In this document: positions 46,271 to 56,629 of the stretch, piece by piece
How positions within the stretch are numbered: the stretch's first letter is position 1
How the letters are laid out: every line of letters begins with the position of its first letter
Source of the DNA: a virus
Taxonomy: Duplodnaviria; Caudoviricetes
Direction: 5' to 3' (one strand)
IMG/VR virus record: IMGVR_UViG_3300030330_005626
Coordinates: 1 to 64,000 of that record
DNA length: 64,000 nt
The notes under the pieces: model-generated
The model's database searches: none
What the model saw: the letters and a program-made list of their open reading frames with translations, nothing else
Told to the model about the DNA's origin: nothing
Made by a program: the position numbers and the translations under genes

Positions 46271-47281
46271 ATGAGTAAAAGTGGATTATTATTGGGCGAA
46301 GAAATAGCGGGCGTAAATCAAATTTTACCCCATAAACATCAGTTCGCATGGGATTTATTCCTTAAAGGTGTAGCAAATAACTGGTCTCCGTCCGAGGTAA
46401 ATATGACCGATGACGTTGACCAATGGAAAAGTGAAGAACTTACTGAAGATGAAAAATTACTCGTTAAAAGATGTCTTGGCTTTTTTGCTGGAAGTGAGTC
46501 CTTGGTTGGCAATAATCTACTTCTTACTGTCGCAAAATGGGTGACAGACGCTGAGTGCCGCCAATACATACTTAGACAAGCTTACGAAGAATCTCTGCAC
46601 AACTGGACTGTGGTTACATGTTGCGACAGCTTTAATTTAAAAGTTTCAGAGGTTTACGAGGCTTACAACAACATTCCATCCATCAAAGCCAAAGACGACT
46701 TCTTAATGGAGATTACTAGCGATATAAATAGAAATGATTTTACCACCAAAACAGCAGAAGGAAAAAAAGAGTTTTTAAGAAACTTAGTAACTTATTACAT
46801 AGTCTGCGAAGGTACATTCTTTTTTAGCGGTTTCGCGATGCTCCTAGCTCTAGGAAGACAAAAGAAGTTAATAGGGCTAAACGATCAAATTAAATACACG
46901 CTTAGAGACGAAAGTCTGCATATCCAGTTTGGCACTTACTTAATCAACACGATTAAAGAGCAATACCCGACTATTTGGACTAAGAAATTCGAAGAAGAAA
47001 CAGTTGAGCACATCAAGAAAGCTGTAGAGCTTGAAATTAATTACGCTCATGACGTACTTCCTCGCGGTATTTTAGGTTTAAACGCTGATATGTTCGTCGA
47101 TTACATGCAGTACATTGGCAACAGAAGACTCGAAGGGATTGGTATCGACTACCGCTTTGACAGCGATAACAACCCATTCCCTTGGCTTTCCGAAGTGGTA
47201 GACACTGGGGCAATGACAAACTTTTTTGAAAGAAAAGTTAAGGACTATCAAAATTCTGGAGTTCTTGAGGATGATTTTTAA
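46271..47281 (+). CDS. nrdB: Ribonucleotide reductase beta, class Ic-like (no radical Tyr)
   Basis: FAGSE, EESLH..TV, EG.FF.SGF, RDESLH, NFFE....Y. Confidence 0.9.
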   Translation: MSKSGLLLGEEIAGVNQILPHKHQFAWDLFLKGVANNWSPSEVNMTDDVDQWKSEELTEDEKLLVKRCLGFFAGSESLVGNNLLLTVAKWVTDAECRQYILRQAYEESLHNWTVVTCCDSFNLKVSEVYEAYNNIPSIKAKDDFLMEITSDINRNDFTTKTAEGKKEFLRNLVTYYIVCEGTFFFSGFAMLLALGRQKKLIGLNDQIKYTLRDESLHIQFGTYLINTIKEQYPTIWTKKFEEETVEHIKKAVELEINYAHDVLPRGILGLNADMFVDYMQYIGNRRLEGIGIDYRFDSDNNPFPWLSEVVDTGAMTNFFERKVKDYQNSGVLEDDF

Positions 47282-47303
47282 AAAATAAGTGTATTAATAT
47301 TAC

Positions 47304-47606
47304 ATGGAAGGCTCAGTCGATCTACAGACGTTTGTAAACATAGCTATAGGTTTAATATCCTTTTTCGGTGGGTGGATTCTCAAGGTTATTTGGGAAAAAA
47401 CCAACATTAACGCTGATCACATAGAAGAACTGCGTGAACACCATGAGGAAGACTTAAAAGAAGCTAGGCAAAAAATAAACGACTTAGCCCTCAGTATGCC
47501 TGAGAAGTATGTTTCAAAAAGCGATTTTGACAATTTAGTTAAAGTCGTTCATCATAGGTTTGATAGGCTTGAAGAGAAAATAGACCACCTATCAAGTAGA
47601 AATTAA
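47304..47606 (+). CDS. TM + coiled-coil protein (holin-like)
   Basis: N-terminal TM, YVSK.DF...RLEEKID. Confidence 0.5.
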   Translation: MEGSVDLQTFVNIAIGLISFFGGWILKVIWEKTNINADHIEELREHHEEDLKEARQKINDLALSMPEKYVSKSDFDNLVKVVHHRFDRLEEKIDHLSSRN

Positions 47607-47641
47607 TTGATTTTCAGTCAAATGCCCGTTAAAATATACGG

Positions 47642-48493
47642 GTGAGGTATGTTTTAGTAGCGGACTTTTTTGCTGAAGACACCGTTGGTGGTGGAGGTAC
47701 TCACAGTGGAGGCGCTGAATTAAGCGACGAGATACTATACAGTATACTCAAATCTAAGGGTGAAGATGTATTCAGGATAAGAAGTAGATATATTAACGAA
47801 AACTTCCTGAATGACGAAAAAGATTCACTTTTCATACTTTCAAATTTTTTTCATATTCACCCTAGTATACTAGAGAGATTTTACGATTTAAATTATTGCT
47901 TAATCGCTCATGACTACAAGTTTGTTGCTCATACACAGCCTAATTTATACGAAGATTTTTTAGTTCCTAAGCATGAGCTAATAAATACCTATCTATTCCA
48001 CAAGGCTAAAGCGACAATATGCCAAAGTAGCTTTCAGGCCGCTATACATAAAAAGAATCTTGAAGTAAATAATATAATTAATTTTTCTGGAAATTTATGG
48101 AGTAATGAGACGCTAGAGTTAATGAGTCAGTTTTCTAAAAATGAAAAGAAAAAGGTTTATTCTGTAGTTAAATCTCCATACAAAGAAAAAGGAGTTCCCG
48201 AAGCGATAAAATTCTGCATAGAAAATAAGCTGGACTACGAGCTAGTCCATGATAAAAATCACAACGATTTCTTAAAAAAGATTTCATTAAACGAAGGTGT
48301 TGTATTTTGGTCTAAAGTACCAGAAACGTGCGGCAGAATTTGTGTAGAAGCCAAAATGATGAATTGTATTGTCCATACAAATGAAATGCTTGGGGCTAGT
48401 TACGAGCCTTGGTTTAATCTTCAAGGGGAAGAGTTGATAAACATAATGAAACAAAAGCATCAAGAGATGCACAAAATTATAACCTCTTTATGA
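47642..48493 (+). CDS. Glycosyltransferase-like (GT-B)
   Basis: GGAE, ETCGR..VEAK. Confidence 0.65.
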   Translation: MRYVLVADFFAEDTVGGGGTHSGGAELSDEILYSILKSKGEDVFRIRSRYINENFLNDEKDSLFILSNFFHIHPSILERFYDLNYCLIAHDYKFVAHTQPNLYEDFLVPKHELINTYLFHKAKATICQSSFQAAIHKKNLEVNNIINFSGNLWSNETLELMSQFSKNEKKKVYSVVKSPYKEKGVPEAIKFCIENKLDYELVHDKNHNDFLKKISLNEGVVFWSKVPETCGRICVEAKMMNCIVHTNEMLGASYEPWFNLQGEELINIMKQKHQEMHKIITSL

Positions 48494-49422
48494 AAAAATC
48501 ATTAGTAACAGGTGGCTGCGGTTTCATTGGAAGCCATTTAGTAGATAACCTCGTGGGTAAAGGCCACCAAGTCTATGTTATAGACGACCTGTCCTCAGAG
48601 TGTAATGAAGAATTTTATTTTAATAAAAGTGCAATTTATTTACATGAAGATATTAAAAACTATAACAAAATAGAGCATTTTTTTAAAGATATAAATTACG
48701 TGTTTCATTTAGCCGCTGAATCAAGAATTCAACCCACGTTAAATAGACCCCAAGATGCTTGCATGACTAACTTTGTTGGCACATGTAACGTACTTGAAGC
48801 CGCAAAAAATCATAATATCTCTAGATTTGTTTATTCTAGTACATCATCTGCTTATGGTAGAAAAAATTATAGCATGGCTTACAAACTCTTGAATAAACCT
48901 TGCGAGTTAAGAGAAGACATGCCAAGAGACTGCCTTAACCCATATTCCGTCTCAAAGGTCGCGGCAGAGGATTTATGTAAAATATATTACTCTTTATGGG
49001 GGCTGAACACTATTACGTTTAGATATTTCAACGTTTACGGGGAAAGGCAACCAACTAAAGGTAAATATGCTCCAGTTTTAGGTTTATTTATTAAACAAAA
49101 AAACGAAAATAAACCGATGACAATCGTGGGAGACGGAAAGCAGCGCAGAGATTTTACTCATGTGAGTGATATCGTAAATGCCAATATATTAGCTATGCAA
49201 TCCGAAGACCTCTCAAAAATATCAGGTGAAGTTTTCAACGTTGGGACAGGGCGCAATCATTCGATTCTTGAAATAGCTAAAATGATTGGCGAGCAAGTAG
49301 AGCATCTGCCGCCAAGACTAGGTGAGGCTCAAGAAACCTTAGCTGACATTCATAAGATTTCTAGTCGTTTAGGCTATAAGCCCTCCGTTAGACTGGAAGA
49401 TTGGGTTTCTAAAAACAAATGA
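48490..49422 (+). CDS. NAD-dependent epimerase/dehydratase
   Basis: TGGCGFIG, YSVSK, RYFNVYG, RDFTHV. Confidence 0.9.
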   Translation: MKKSLVTGGCGFIGSHLVDNLVGKGHQVYVIDDLSSECNEEFYFNKSAIYLHEDIKNYNKIEHFFKDINYVFHLAAESRIQPTLNRPQDACMTNFVGTCNVLEAAKNHNISRFVYSSTSSAYGRKNYSMAYKLLNKPCELREDMPRDCLNPYSVSKVAAEDLCKIYYSLWGLNTITFRYFNVYGERQPTKGKYAPVLGLFIKQKNENKPMTIVGDGKQRRDFTHVSDIVNANILAMQSEDLSKISGEVFNVGTGRNHSILEIAKMIGEQVEHLPPRLGEAQETLADIHKISSRLGYKPSVRLEDWVSKNK

Positions 49423-50399
49423 AGGCCATTGTAGTTGGTTGCGGTATAAGTGGTATAGTATCCGCTATCCTTTTAAAAGAAAAAGGTTATGAGGTAGAGA
49501 TATTTGACACTAGAAGCCACATTGGCGGAAACTGCTACGATCATGAAGTAGAAGGCGTGAGAGTACATAAATATGGACCGCACGGATTTCACACAAACAA
49601 TGAAAATGTTTGGAGCTTTCTAAACAAATACTCTAAATTCAATGACGTTTGCTTAAAAGCGAAAGCCAACACTAAAGAAGGGTTAATTCCTATACCCTAC
49701 TCTCCTGAAACTGAAAAAATAATAGGACATAAAACCCCAGAAGAAATACAAGATTTAATATTTAAAGATTATAGTGAAAAAATGTGGGGAATACCTTGGG
49801 AAGAGCTCCCAAAGTCTATAAGCAGCAGACTCCCCAATAAAAGAGAAGACCCAAGTGAATGTTTCCACTTAGATACCTACCAAGGTATACCTGAGAACGG
49901 GTATACTAGTATGTTTAAAAACATGCTCAACTCAATTAAGGTTAATTTAAATTGTAAACCTAAAGACTATCAAAACAAAAAATATGATATTTTAATTTAC
50001 ACTGGTAAAATAGATGAGTTTTTTGATTATTGTTATGGGTGGCTAGAGTACAGGTCTTTAAAAATACAATTTGAAACAGCTAAACCAAGACCAGATTTGT
50101 TTCAACTAAATGAATGCAATAATTGGAACTCTTGGACAAGAAGCGTTGACCATTCTCATTGGCACAAGCAGAAACTTAATCAAACTGTAATCTCTAGAGA
50201 GTACCCATGCGAGCACGATAAAAATAATTTACCATTCTACCCTAAACCCTTCGGAAATAACCCAGAAAAATATAAAAAATATAAAAAAATTGCAGACAGA
50301 CTAAACGACGTTATCTTTGTTGGTAGGCTGGCAACTTATAAATATTTAGACATGGATGATGCAGTCGCTCAAGTTTTTAATAAATTAAATAAAATATGA
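49419..50399 (+). CDS. glf: UDP-galactopyranose mutase
   Basis: HIGGNCYD, HKYGPH.FHT, LEYRSL, GRLATYKYLDMD. Confidence 0.92.
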   Translation: MKAIVVGCGISGIVSAILLKEKGYEVEIFDTRSHIGGNCYDHEVEGVRVHKYGPHGFHTNNENVWSFLNKYSKFNDVCLKAKANTKEGLIPIPYSPETEKIIGHKTPEEIQDLIFKDYSEKMWGIPWEELPKSISSRLPNKREDPSECFHLDTYQGIPENGYTSMFKNMLNSIKVNLNCKPKDYQNKKYDILIYTGKIDEFFDYCYGWLEYRSLKIQFETAKPRPDLFQLNECNNWNSWTRSVDHSHWHKQKLNQTVISREYPCEHDKNNLPFYPKPFGNNPEKYKKYKKIADRLNDVIFVGRLATYKYLDMDDAVAQVFNKLNKI

Positions 50400-51457
50400 A
50401 AAAAGTCATAATCACAGGTATACTTGGCCAAGACGGCTCAAACATGGCGGAACGCCTTCTGCTTAAAAGTGATATAAATTGCAAGGTCTACGGGATGATG
50501 CGTAGAAGCGCTAACCCTAATTTCATTAACACTAAAAAATTTGAAAATCATCCTAATTTTGAATTTGTATACGGCGATTTAACCGATGAAATCAGCATTG
50601 ATAATCTAGTTAAAAAAATACAACCAGATTATTTTATTAATTTTGCAGCCAATTCTTTTGTGGGCTGTAGCTGGGACATGCCGTTACAAGTAATGGATAC
50701 TAACGCTGTTGGTGTTTTAAGATGTCTTGAGTCAATTAAAAAATTTAAAAAAGATTGCAGGTTTTACAGCGCTGGGAGCAGCGAGGAATGGGGGGACGTT
50801 GATTATTCGCCGCAAGACATTACGCACCCAATTAAACCTAGAAGTCCTTACGGGGCATCTAAAGCTGCTGCAAGACACCTAGTAAAAGTTTACAGAGAAT
50901 CGTATGGAATGTACGCGGTTCACGGAATACTTTTTAACCATGAAGGCACTAAACGCGGCGAAGAATTTGTAACCAGAAAGATAACAAAAAACGTAGCTAG
51001 AATTAAAAAAGAAATACAGTTTTATTTTGAATCTGGTAGGCAAAGTAGAATCACTCCACTTGAATTAGGCAACCTAGACGCTAAAAGAGATTGGAGCGAC
51101 AGCGAAGATTTTATGGAAGGGGTGTGGCTTATGCTGAATCAAGACCCAAACAACATAAAAGACTATATACTTTCGAGTGGCGAAACGCACTCTATAAGAG
51201 AGTTTGTTGAGAAAGCCTTTGGTTACGCGGAAATACACGGGGTCTGGAGCGGAGACGGTCTAGGAGAAAAATTTGTCTTAAATGAAAAAGGCGAGCAAGT
51301 GACTTTATTAAAAATAAATAAAGACTTTTTTAGACCAGCGGAGATCGATCTTCTCCTTGGTGATTCAAAACCAATAATGAAAGAACTTGGATGGAAACCT
51401 AAAAATTCTTTTTGCGATTTAGTCAAAAAAATGATACAACATGACTTGAATGAGTGA
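50396..51457 (+). CDS. gmd: GDP-mannose 4,6-dehydratase
   Basis: ITGILGQDGS, PRSPYGASK, GILFNHE, FVTRKIT, GNLDAKRDW. Confidence 0.92.
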   Translation: MKKVIITGILGQDGSNMAERLLLKSDINCKVYGMMRRSANPNFINTKKFENHPNFEFVYGDLTDEISIDNLVKKIQPDYFINFAANSFVGCSWDMPLQVMDTNAVGVLRCLESIKKFKKDCRFYSAGSSEEWGDVDYSPQDITHPIKPRSPYGASKAAARHLVKVYRESYGMYAVHGILFNHEGTKRGEEFVTRKITKNVARIKKEIQFYFESGRQSRITPLELGNLDAKRDWSDSEDFMEGVWLMLNQDPNNIKDYILSSGETHSIREFVEKAFGYAEIHGVWSGDGLGEKFVLNEKGEQVTLLKINKDFFRPAEIDLLLGDSKPIMKELGWKPKNSFCDLVKKMIQHDLNE

Positions 51458-51887
51458 TGAAAAACAATTTAGCGTTGGCAGAAAAATCGTATCATCTAAA
51501 ACAGGCAAACCTCCGTTCATACGCAATAAATATCAAGTTTTAATTTGGCAGTTAATTAAAAACCCAAACGATTTCTGCCATATAGAGTGGTCGAGAGAAA
51601 CTAAAGCCGCAAAGCTATTATACTTTCAATATCCTGATATTAATTTCTGGAGACAGCTAGATTTAGGCTTTTACTTAAACTCTTTAAACTTTTTCAACAA
51701 ATCAGATGGTTTAAGAAAATTAAGAGAAGCTATAGATGAGTATGAACTATCCAAAAAGGTTAAGTTCTCCACAAAAGAAAAGGAAAAAACAGTAGAAGAC
51801 CTTAATACGTTTCATAAAGAAATCAAAACCAAAAAACAGGATTTAAGATACGGAGACTTTTTTAAGCATGGCAAAAAAACAAAATAA
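51450..51887 (+). CDS. Hypothetical protein
   Basis: 145-aa ORF. Confidence 0.55.
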   Translation: MSDEKQFSVGRKIVSSKTGKPPFIRNKYQVLIWQLIKNPNDFCHIEWSRETKAAKLLYFQYPDINFWRQLDLGFYLNSLNFFNKSDGLRKLREAIDEYELSKKVKFSTKEKEKTVEDLNTFHKEIKTKKQDLRYGDFFKHGKKTK

Positions 51888-53136
51888 AGTAAAAATATGT
51901 CTTTGGACTCACGTTCAAAACGAAGCTTCCGTTATCGAAAAGATGCTCGAAACGGCGGTTGACTACATAGACTATTGGGTTCTTGTAGATAATGGGTCAA
52001 CCGATGGAACCCAAGATATAATTAAAAACTTTTTCGAAAAGCACGGTGTTGAAGGCAAACTTTACCAAAGTAAAATCGGCTGGAAAGGTCATGGTATCAA
52101 TAGACAGCATTCGTGGGAATTCTTAGAAAACACAGACCACGGGTGTGATTATATTCTAAGGGTAGACGCAGACGAAGGTATCGCAGTGGATGAGAATTTC
52201 GACTGGTCAATTATTCCATCCCAAGAAGCGTGGTCTATAATTTATCAATCTGGTAATCATTGCGTTCCTAGAATGTGGATGTGGAAATGGGGTTTGCCTT
52301 GGTACTGGGCTGATGACGTAGCTCATGAAACTATCCACTTAAAAGACGGGAGGCAACCCGATCAACCTAAAAACATGCCCATAGGTTTTAAGCATGTAAA
52401 TATAGGCAAAGGTAATAGCTACGAAAATCCTATAAAATATATACAAGATGTTTTAAAACTTGAAAGTCAATTACATGAAAGATTTAGAGACGGTAGCTCT
52501 TTAGAAAAAGAAAGGTATCATTTATTTTATTTATGCAAATCTTTCAATTATACAGGATTCTCGTTAAATAATGAAGATTGCTATAAATACTTTCCATACG
52601 GAAAAAAACAGTTGAAAAGCTTCTTAGAAAAGGGTATATTCTACTACGACAGATTCTTAGAGTCTTTCCAAGACAGCGGTGAACGCTGGTATACTCTACA
52701 CTTAAAAGCTCAATTATTCGAAAGATTAAATTTAGCTCAAGAGGCTCTAGATTGCTATAAAGAGTCTTACAATTTAAGGCAAGACAGAGCAGAGTCTTTA
52801 TTTAGAATTTTTAATTATTATTATTACAAACAAGAATGGGAATCAGCTTTCAAATACGGACTTAAACTAAAAAATTTAAAATGCCCTATTGAAACAGACG
52901 CATGGCAAGTGGAGCTAGATAATTACTATGAAAATAATTGGCAAATAAGAGATTGCTTTGCGGTAACATTAGAGAGAATTGGCTCTCAGCTAAAAAATAC
53001 AACTTTACTAGAGGAATCAAAATCTATATTTGAATCTCTAAAAAAAGAGCTTAAATTCGACAAAGATGAAGTAGACAGATTAGACGGGAATATAAAATAT
53101 ATACAAGGAAAAATTAATGAGAAAAAAGAAAACTGA
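51868..53136 (+). CDS. GT2 glycosyltransferase with TPR repeats
   Basis: DNGSTDGT, DADE, HE, helical C-terminus. Confidence 0.8.
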   Translation: MAKKQNKVKICLWTHVQNEASVIEKMLETAVDYIDYWVLVDNGSTDGTQDIIKNFFEKHGVEGKLYQSKIGWKGHGINRQHSWEFLENTDHGCDYILRVDADEGIAVDENFDWSIIPSQEAWSIIYQSGNHCVPRMWMWKWGLPWYWADDVAHETIHLKDGRQPDQPKNMPIGFKHVNIGKGNSYENPIKYIQDVLKLESQLHERFRDGSSLEKERYHLFYLCKSFNYTGFSLNNEDCYKYFPYGKKQLKSFLEKGIFYYDRFLESFQDSGERWYTLHLKAQLFERLNLAQEALDCYKESYNLRQDRAESLFRIFNYYYYKQEWESAFKYGLKLKNLKCPIETDAWQVELDNYYENNWQIRDCFAVTLERIGSQLKNTTLLEESKSIFESLKKELKFDKDEVDRLDGNIKYIQGKINEKKEN

Positions 53137-54214
53137 AGCTGCTGGCAATTTTACAGCCCTAGATCAAATTGAAGCTTATTTAAAAGCTAACCAATCTGAT
53201 CACTATAATTTTGAAGAGCAAAGAGATTACACCGTTTCAAGTGGAAGCTTAAAACTTGATATCGAAATGGGTGGAGGAATTAAACCAGGTGTCATTAGAG
53301 CATCTGGAGTCACAGAAGGCGGTAAAACTTCTTGCGCGTTATCTTTCGCTAGAAATTTCCAGAAGATGGATAATTCTATGATTGTCTACATAAAATCAGA
53401 AGGCAGACTTTCAGAAGAAATGCTTGAGCGCTCTGGGGTAAACACTGATCCAGATAGATTTTTTATTTATAAGTGTAATATTTTTGAGTCTGTAATTGAT
53501 TTAATTAGGCAGTTAGTACACAACAACCCTAACGATACTCGATACATGTTTATCGTTGACTCTATGGACGCTCTTGTACCAAGAGGTGACCTAGAAAAAG
53601 GCTCTGATGAGGCCGTAAAAGTTGCGGGCGGTTCGTTGCTCACTTCCGATTTCCTTAAAAGAATGGCTTTGTCTTTTGCGAGTAAAGGGCACATTTGCTA
53701 CATGATTTCTCAGGTAAGAAGCAATATAAAAATAAACCCATACGAAAAAGGTGACCCACAAATCACAAACGCTTCTGGCGGTAACGCTGCACTTCATTAC
53801 AGTGATTGGATTCTAGAGTTTCAGCCAAGATTTAACAAAGATTTGATATCAACACAACCAAACGGCAAAGGGGAAGTTCTTGGTCATTGGTGTAAAATTA
53901 TATTTAGAAAAACCGCCAACGAAAAAACTGGCATAGAAGTCAAATACCCCATTCGATACGGAAGAACGGGCGGTAAAAGTATTTGGGCCGAATATGAAGT
54001 GGTAGAGATGCTGCAAATGTTTGACCTTGCTCAAGCTAAAGGCGCTTGGGTAACTATAAACGATGAGATTATTGAAGAGGTTAAAGAAAAGCTTAATTTA
54101 GAGTTTAAAAAGCAACATCAAGGCGTAGACAATCTAAGAAAATACTTTGAAGAAAATAAAGAAATAGGTAAATACTTATTTAGCAAATTTATTGAAGTAT
54201 TAAAAAAGTCTTGA
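53117..54214 (+). CDS. recA: RecA/UvsX recombinase
   Basis: SSGSL.LD, GVTEGGKT, VDS, ISQVR, SGG.A..HY. Confidence 0.88.
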   Translation: MRKKKTEAAGNFTALDQIEAYLKANQSDHYNFEEQRDYTVSSGSLKLDIEMGGGIKPGVIRASGVTEGGKTSCALSFARNFQKMDNSMIVYIKSEGRLSEEMLERSGVNTDPDRFFIYKCNIFESVIDLIRQLVHNNPNDTRYMFIVDSMDALVPRGDLEKGSDEAVKVAGGSLLTSDFLKRMALSFASKGHICYMISQVRSNIKINPYEKGDPQITNASGGNAALHYSDWILEFQPRFNKDLISTQPNGKGEVLGHWCKIIFRKTANEKTGIEVKYPIRYGRTGGKSIWAEYEVVEMLQMFDLAQAKGAWVTINDEIIEEVKEKLNLEFKKQHQGVDNLRKYFEENKEIGKYLFSKFIEVLKKS

Positions 54215-54248
54215 TTTAGATTCAAAAAAACAGTGTAATATACTTTAA

Positions 54249-54651
54249 GGGGGCGTACTGGTATCGATTTAATATCAGACGCTAAAATAGCAAGTCAAGG
54301 ATGATAGTTGGCCTTGTAAAAATCTATCTAGGTATTCAACTGCCAAAACTGAAGTTGATATGGCTCCTTCCTTAGCTGAAGCTGACGCGATTCTCGCTAA
54401 GTTCGGTTGGGCTGAAGAGGCTGCTGTAGCTGCGTAAGCTACCCGTCCTACTCTGGATGCTCGTTAAGGAGCTAGGGCGTCGATAACGAGCGAAAAAAGC
54501 TAGGAATGAGATGGTCTAGTCTAAATAAAGAGTCTCAAACCTCGTGTGTAGGTGTTAGTGACAAAGCGCGAGTGTACAACACTGACTAAACTTGTAGAAA
54601 TTTAAGTTAACGGTATTAAAGACAGGGGTTCAACTCCCCTCGCCTCCACCA
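54249..54651 (+). ncRNA. ssrA: tmRNA, tag AKTEVDMAPSLAEADAILAKFGWAEEAAVAA (54342-54437)
   Basis: GGGGGCG/CGCCTCC-ACCA acceptor with G3.U, T-arm GGGG-TTCAACT-CCCC, tag ORF ending in AA-stop. Confidence 0.93.
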
Positions 54652-54656
54652 ATTTT

Positions 54657-55073
54657 ATGAGACTGTACAATATTTATGGAAACCTTCAAAATAAAAATGT
54701 TTCTAGATTCCTTATAAAATGGGATTCTAAATCAAGATCAAAATTACAATTTAGAGCTAAACAATTTTTCAAAACCGTTTGGGACGGCCAAATAGTTTAT
54801 GAAGAATTTCCTGTCTTTGGCTCAAGAATGAAGGTGGATTTTATGAATTTCACTAAAAGGATAGCTATTGAAGTAAACGGGGCTCAACATACAAATTTTA
54901 ATAAATTTTTTCATAATAATTCCAGAATGAATTATTTAGAATCAATTAAAAGGGATCATGAAAAATCCTTGTGGTTAGAAAAAAATAGTTTTACACTGAT
55001 TGAACTTTATCAAGAAGATGTTGACGAGCTAAGTGAAAAGTTTTTTAATGAAAAATTTGGAGTAAAAATTTAA
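54657..55073 (+). CDS. Vsr/DUF559-like PD-(D/E)XK endonuclease
   Basis: EEFP, VDF, IEVNGAQH, RD..K. Confidence 0.75.
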   Translation: MRLYNIYGNLQNKNVSRFLIKWDSKSRSKLQFRAKQFFKTVWDGQIVYEEFPVFGSRMKVDFMNFTKRIAIEVNGAQHTNFNKFFHNNSRMNYLESIKRDHEKSLWLEKNSFTLIELYQEDVDELSEKFFNEKFGVKI

Positions 55074-56629
55074 TGAAAAAAGATTCATGTGCGGATACAG
55101 AAATGAACGTGCTGGCTGGCATTATTTGCCATACTGATGAGCTCGTAAAATGCAGAAGCGTTCTTCATAGAGATTTATTTGATTTTTTAGAGAACAAAAG
55201 AATATTTGATCTTACAATTGAGACCTTTGAAAACGACAGAAAGGTCTCTCTTGCAACCTTATGCACTAAACTTCAAACGCTTGGTTGGACCGACAAAAAA
55301 AATAGACCCTTAGATAAATACTTAGAGGCTATATGCCAGTGCCCACCAAACGAAGAGGACGTTCAAGAGTTTATATATCAGCTTGTCGATTTACACTACA
55401 ATAGGAAAGGTAAGAAAACCCTTAAAAATATTGAAGATGTATTTAATCAAGATTTAACTTTAGCTGAAAAGTATGATGAAATAAATAAAATTTACACGGA
55501 CGGTATGAGAGTTCCAGTGTCTGGGACTTCTAAGCCTGTAAAAGTCTGGAAAAATTATTCTACTGATTTAGAATACTACGCTGCTAACCCAGACGAAAAA
55601 GACGAAGAGGGTTTTGACTGGCCTTATGAAACCATGAACAAGCAATATGGGCAAATGCTTATTGGTGAAGTTAGCTTAGTTGTTGCCAGAGGTGGCGTAG
55701 GTAAATCTACTGTACTTAGTCACGTATCTGATTTTGTTCAAAATAAATATAAAGTTCCAGTTTTGATAGTTGACACTGAGATGCAGACTCACATGGTGCA
55801 GCATAGAGCTTTCGCAAGAAAATCTGGAGTGAACTCAAATAGACTCAGAAAAAACACTTGGTGGAAAAACGAGTCAGACAAGAAAAAAGTTTACAAAGCT
55901 TTTGATGATATAAACGAAGAAGAAAACCTTTACCATATTTATGTCGGTGGTAAGGATTTCTCTGAGATAGAAGCAATCATCGAAAACTTTTATTACACTG
56001 AAGTTGGTCACGGCAACCCATTCCTGCTTGTTTATGATTATATAAAATGCGATGGAAATTCCGTATCCGAACACAGAAAAGAATACCAAGTTCTTGGGGA
56101 TATAGTTGATAAACTTGATAAAATGGCTAAAAGACTAAATTGCGCGATACTTTCAGCCGCTCAAGCCAATAGAACTGGAGACTCGTTTTCTAATAGAACT
56201 GGCGTAGCTGACGATACTACTGCAATAGGTGACTCAGACAGAATCCAAAGATACGGTGGGCAGATAGTCATACTTAGAAGAAAAATGCCAGACGAATTAA
56301 TCCTGCACGAATCCGTTGATGAGGAGGAAACCGACGAGCAAGAAATGGAGCAAAGAGTTCTAACTAACGCTAGTCAGTTGAGATTTGGCACACATATTTG
56401 GACCTGCGTAAAGGCTAGACACGGCGGTGAAGAAGGTCACGGTCATCTTGACTTAGTTGAAATAACACAAAGAAACGGGAAAACCGTAAGCTCTAATAAT
56501 TTCATAAATATTACAATTGATAATTTTGATGTCATAGATAAAGGTGACGCTAGACACATGGAAAGAATGAGAAGCGAAGATCATGAAATACTTGACGATC
56601 AAGATATAGATATTGAAGACATCTTATAA
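55073..56629 (+). CDS. dnaB: Replicative DNA helicase
   Basis: ARGGVGKS, DTEM, YDYIK, AQANR, KARHG. Confidence 0.88.
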   Translation: MKKDSCADTEMNVLAGIICHTDELVKCRSVLHRDLFDFLENKRIFDLTIETFENDRKVSLATLCTKLQTLGWTDKKNRPLDKYLEAICQCPPNEEDVQEFIYQLVDLHYNRKGKKTLKNIEDVFNQDLTLAEKYDEINKIYTDGMRVPVSGTSKPVKVWKNYSTDLEYYAANPDEKDEEGFDWPYETMNKQYGQMLIGEVSLVVARGGVGKSTVLSHVSDFVQNKYKVPVLIVDTEMQTHMVQHRAFARKSGVNSNRLRKNTWWKNESDKKKVYKAFDDINEEENLYHIYVGGKDFSEIEAIIENFYYTEVGHGNPFLLVYDYIKCDGNSVSEHRKEYQVLGDIVDKLDKMAKRLNCAILSAAQANRTGDSFSNRTGVADDTTAIGDSDRIQRYGGQIVILRRKMPDELILHESVDEEETDEQEMEQRVLTNASQLRFGTHIWTCVKARHGGEEGHGHLDLVEITQRNGKTVSSNNFINITIDNFDVIDKGDARHMERMRSEDHEILDDQDIDIEDIL

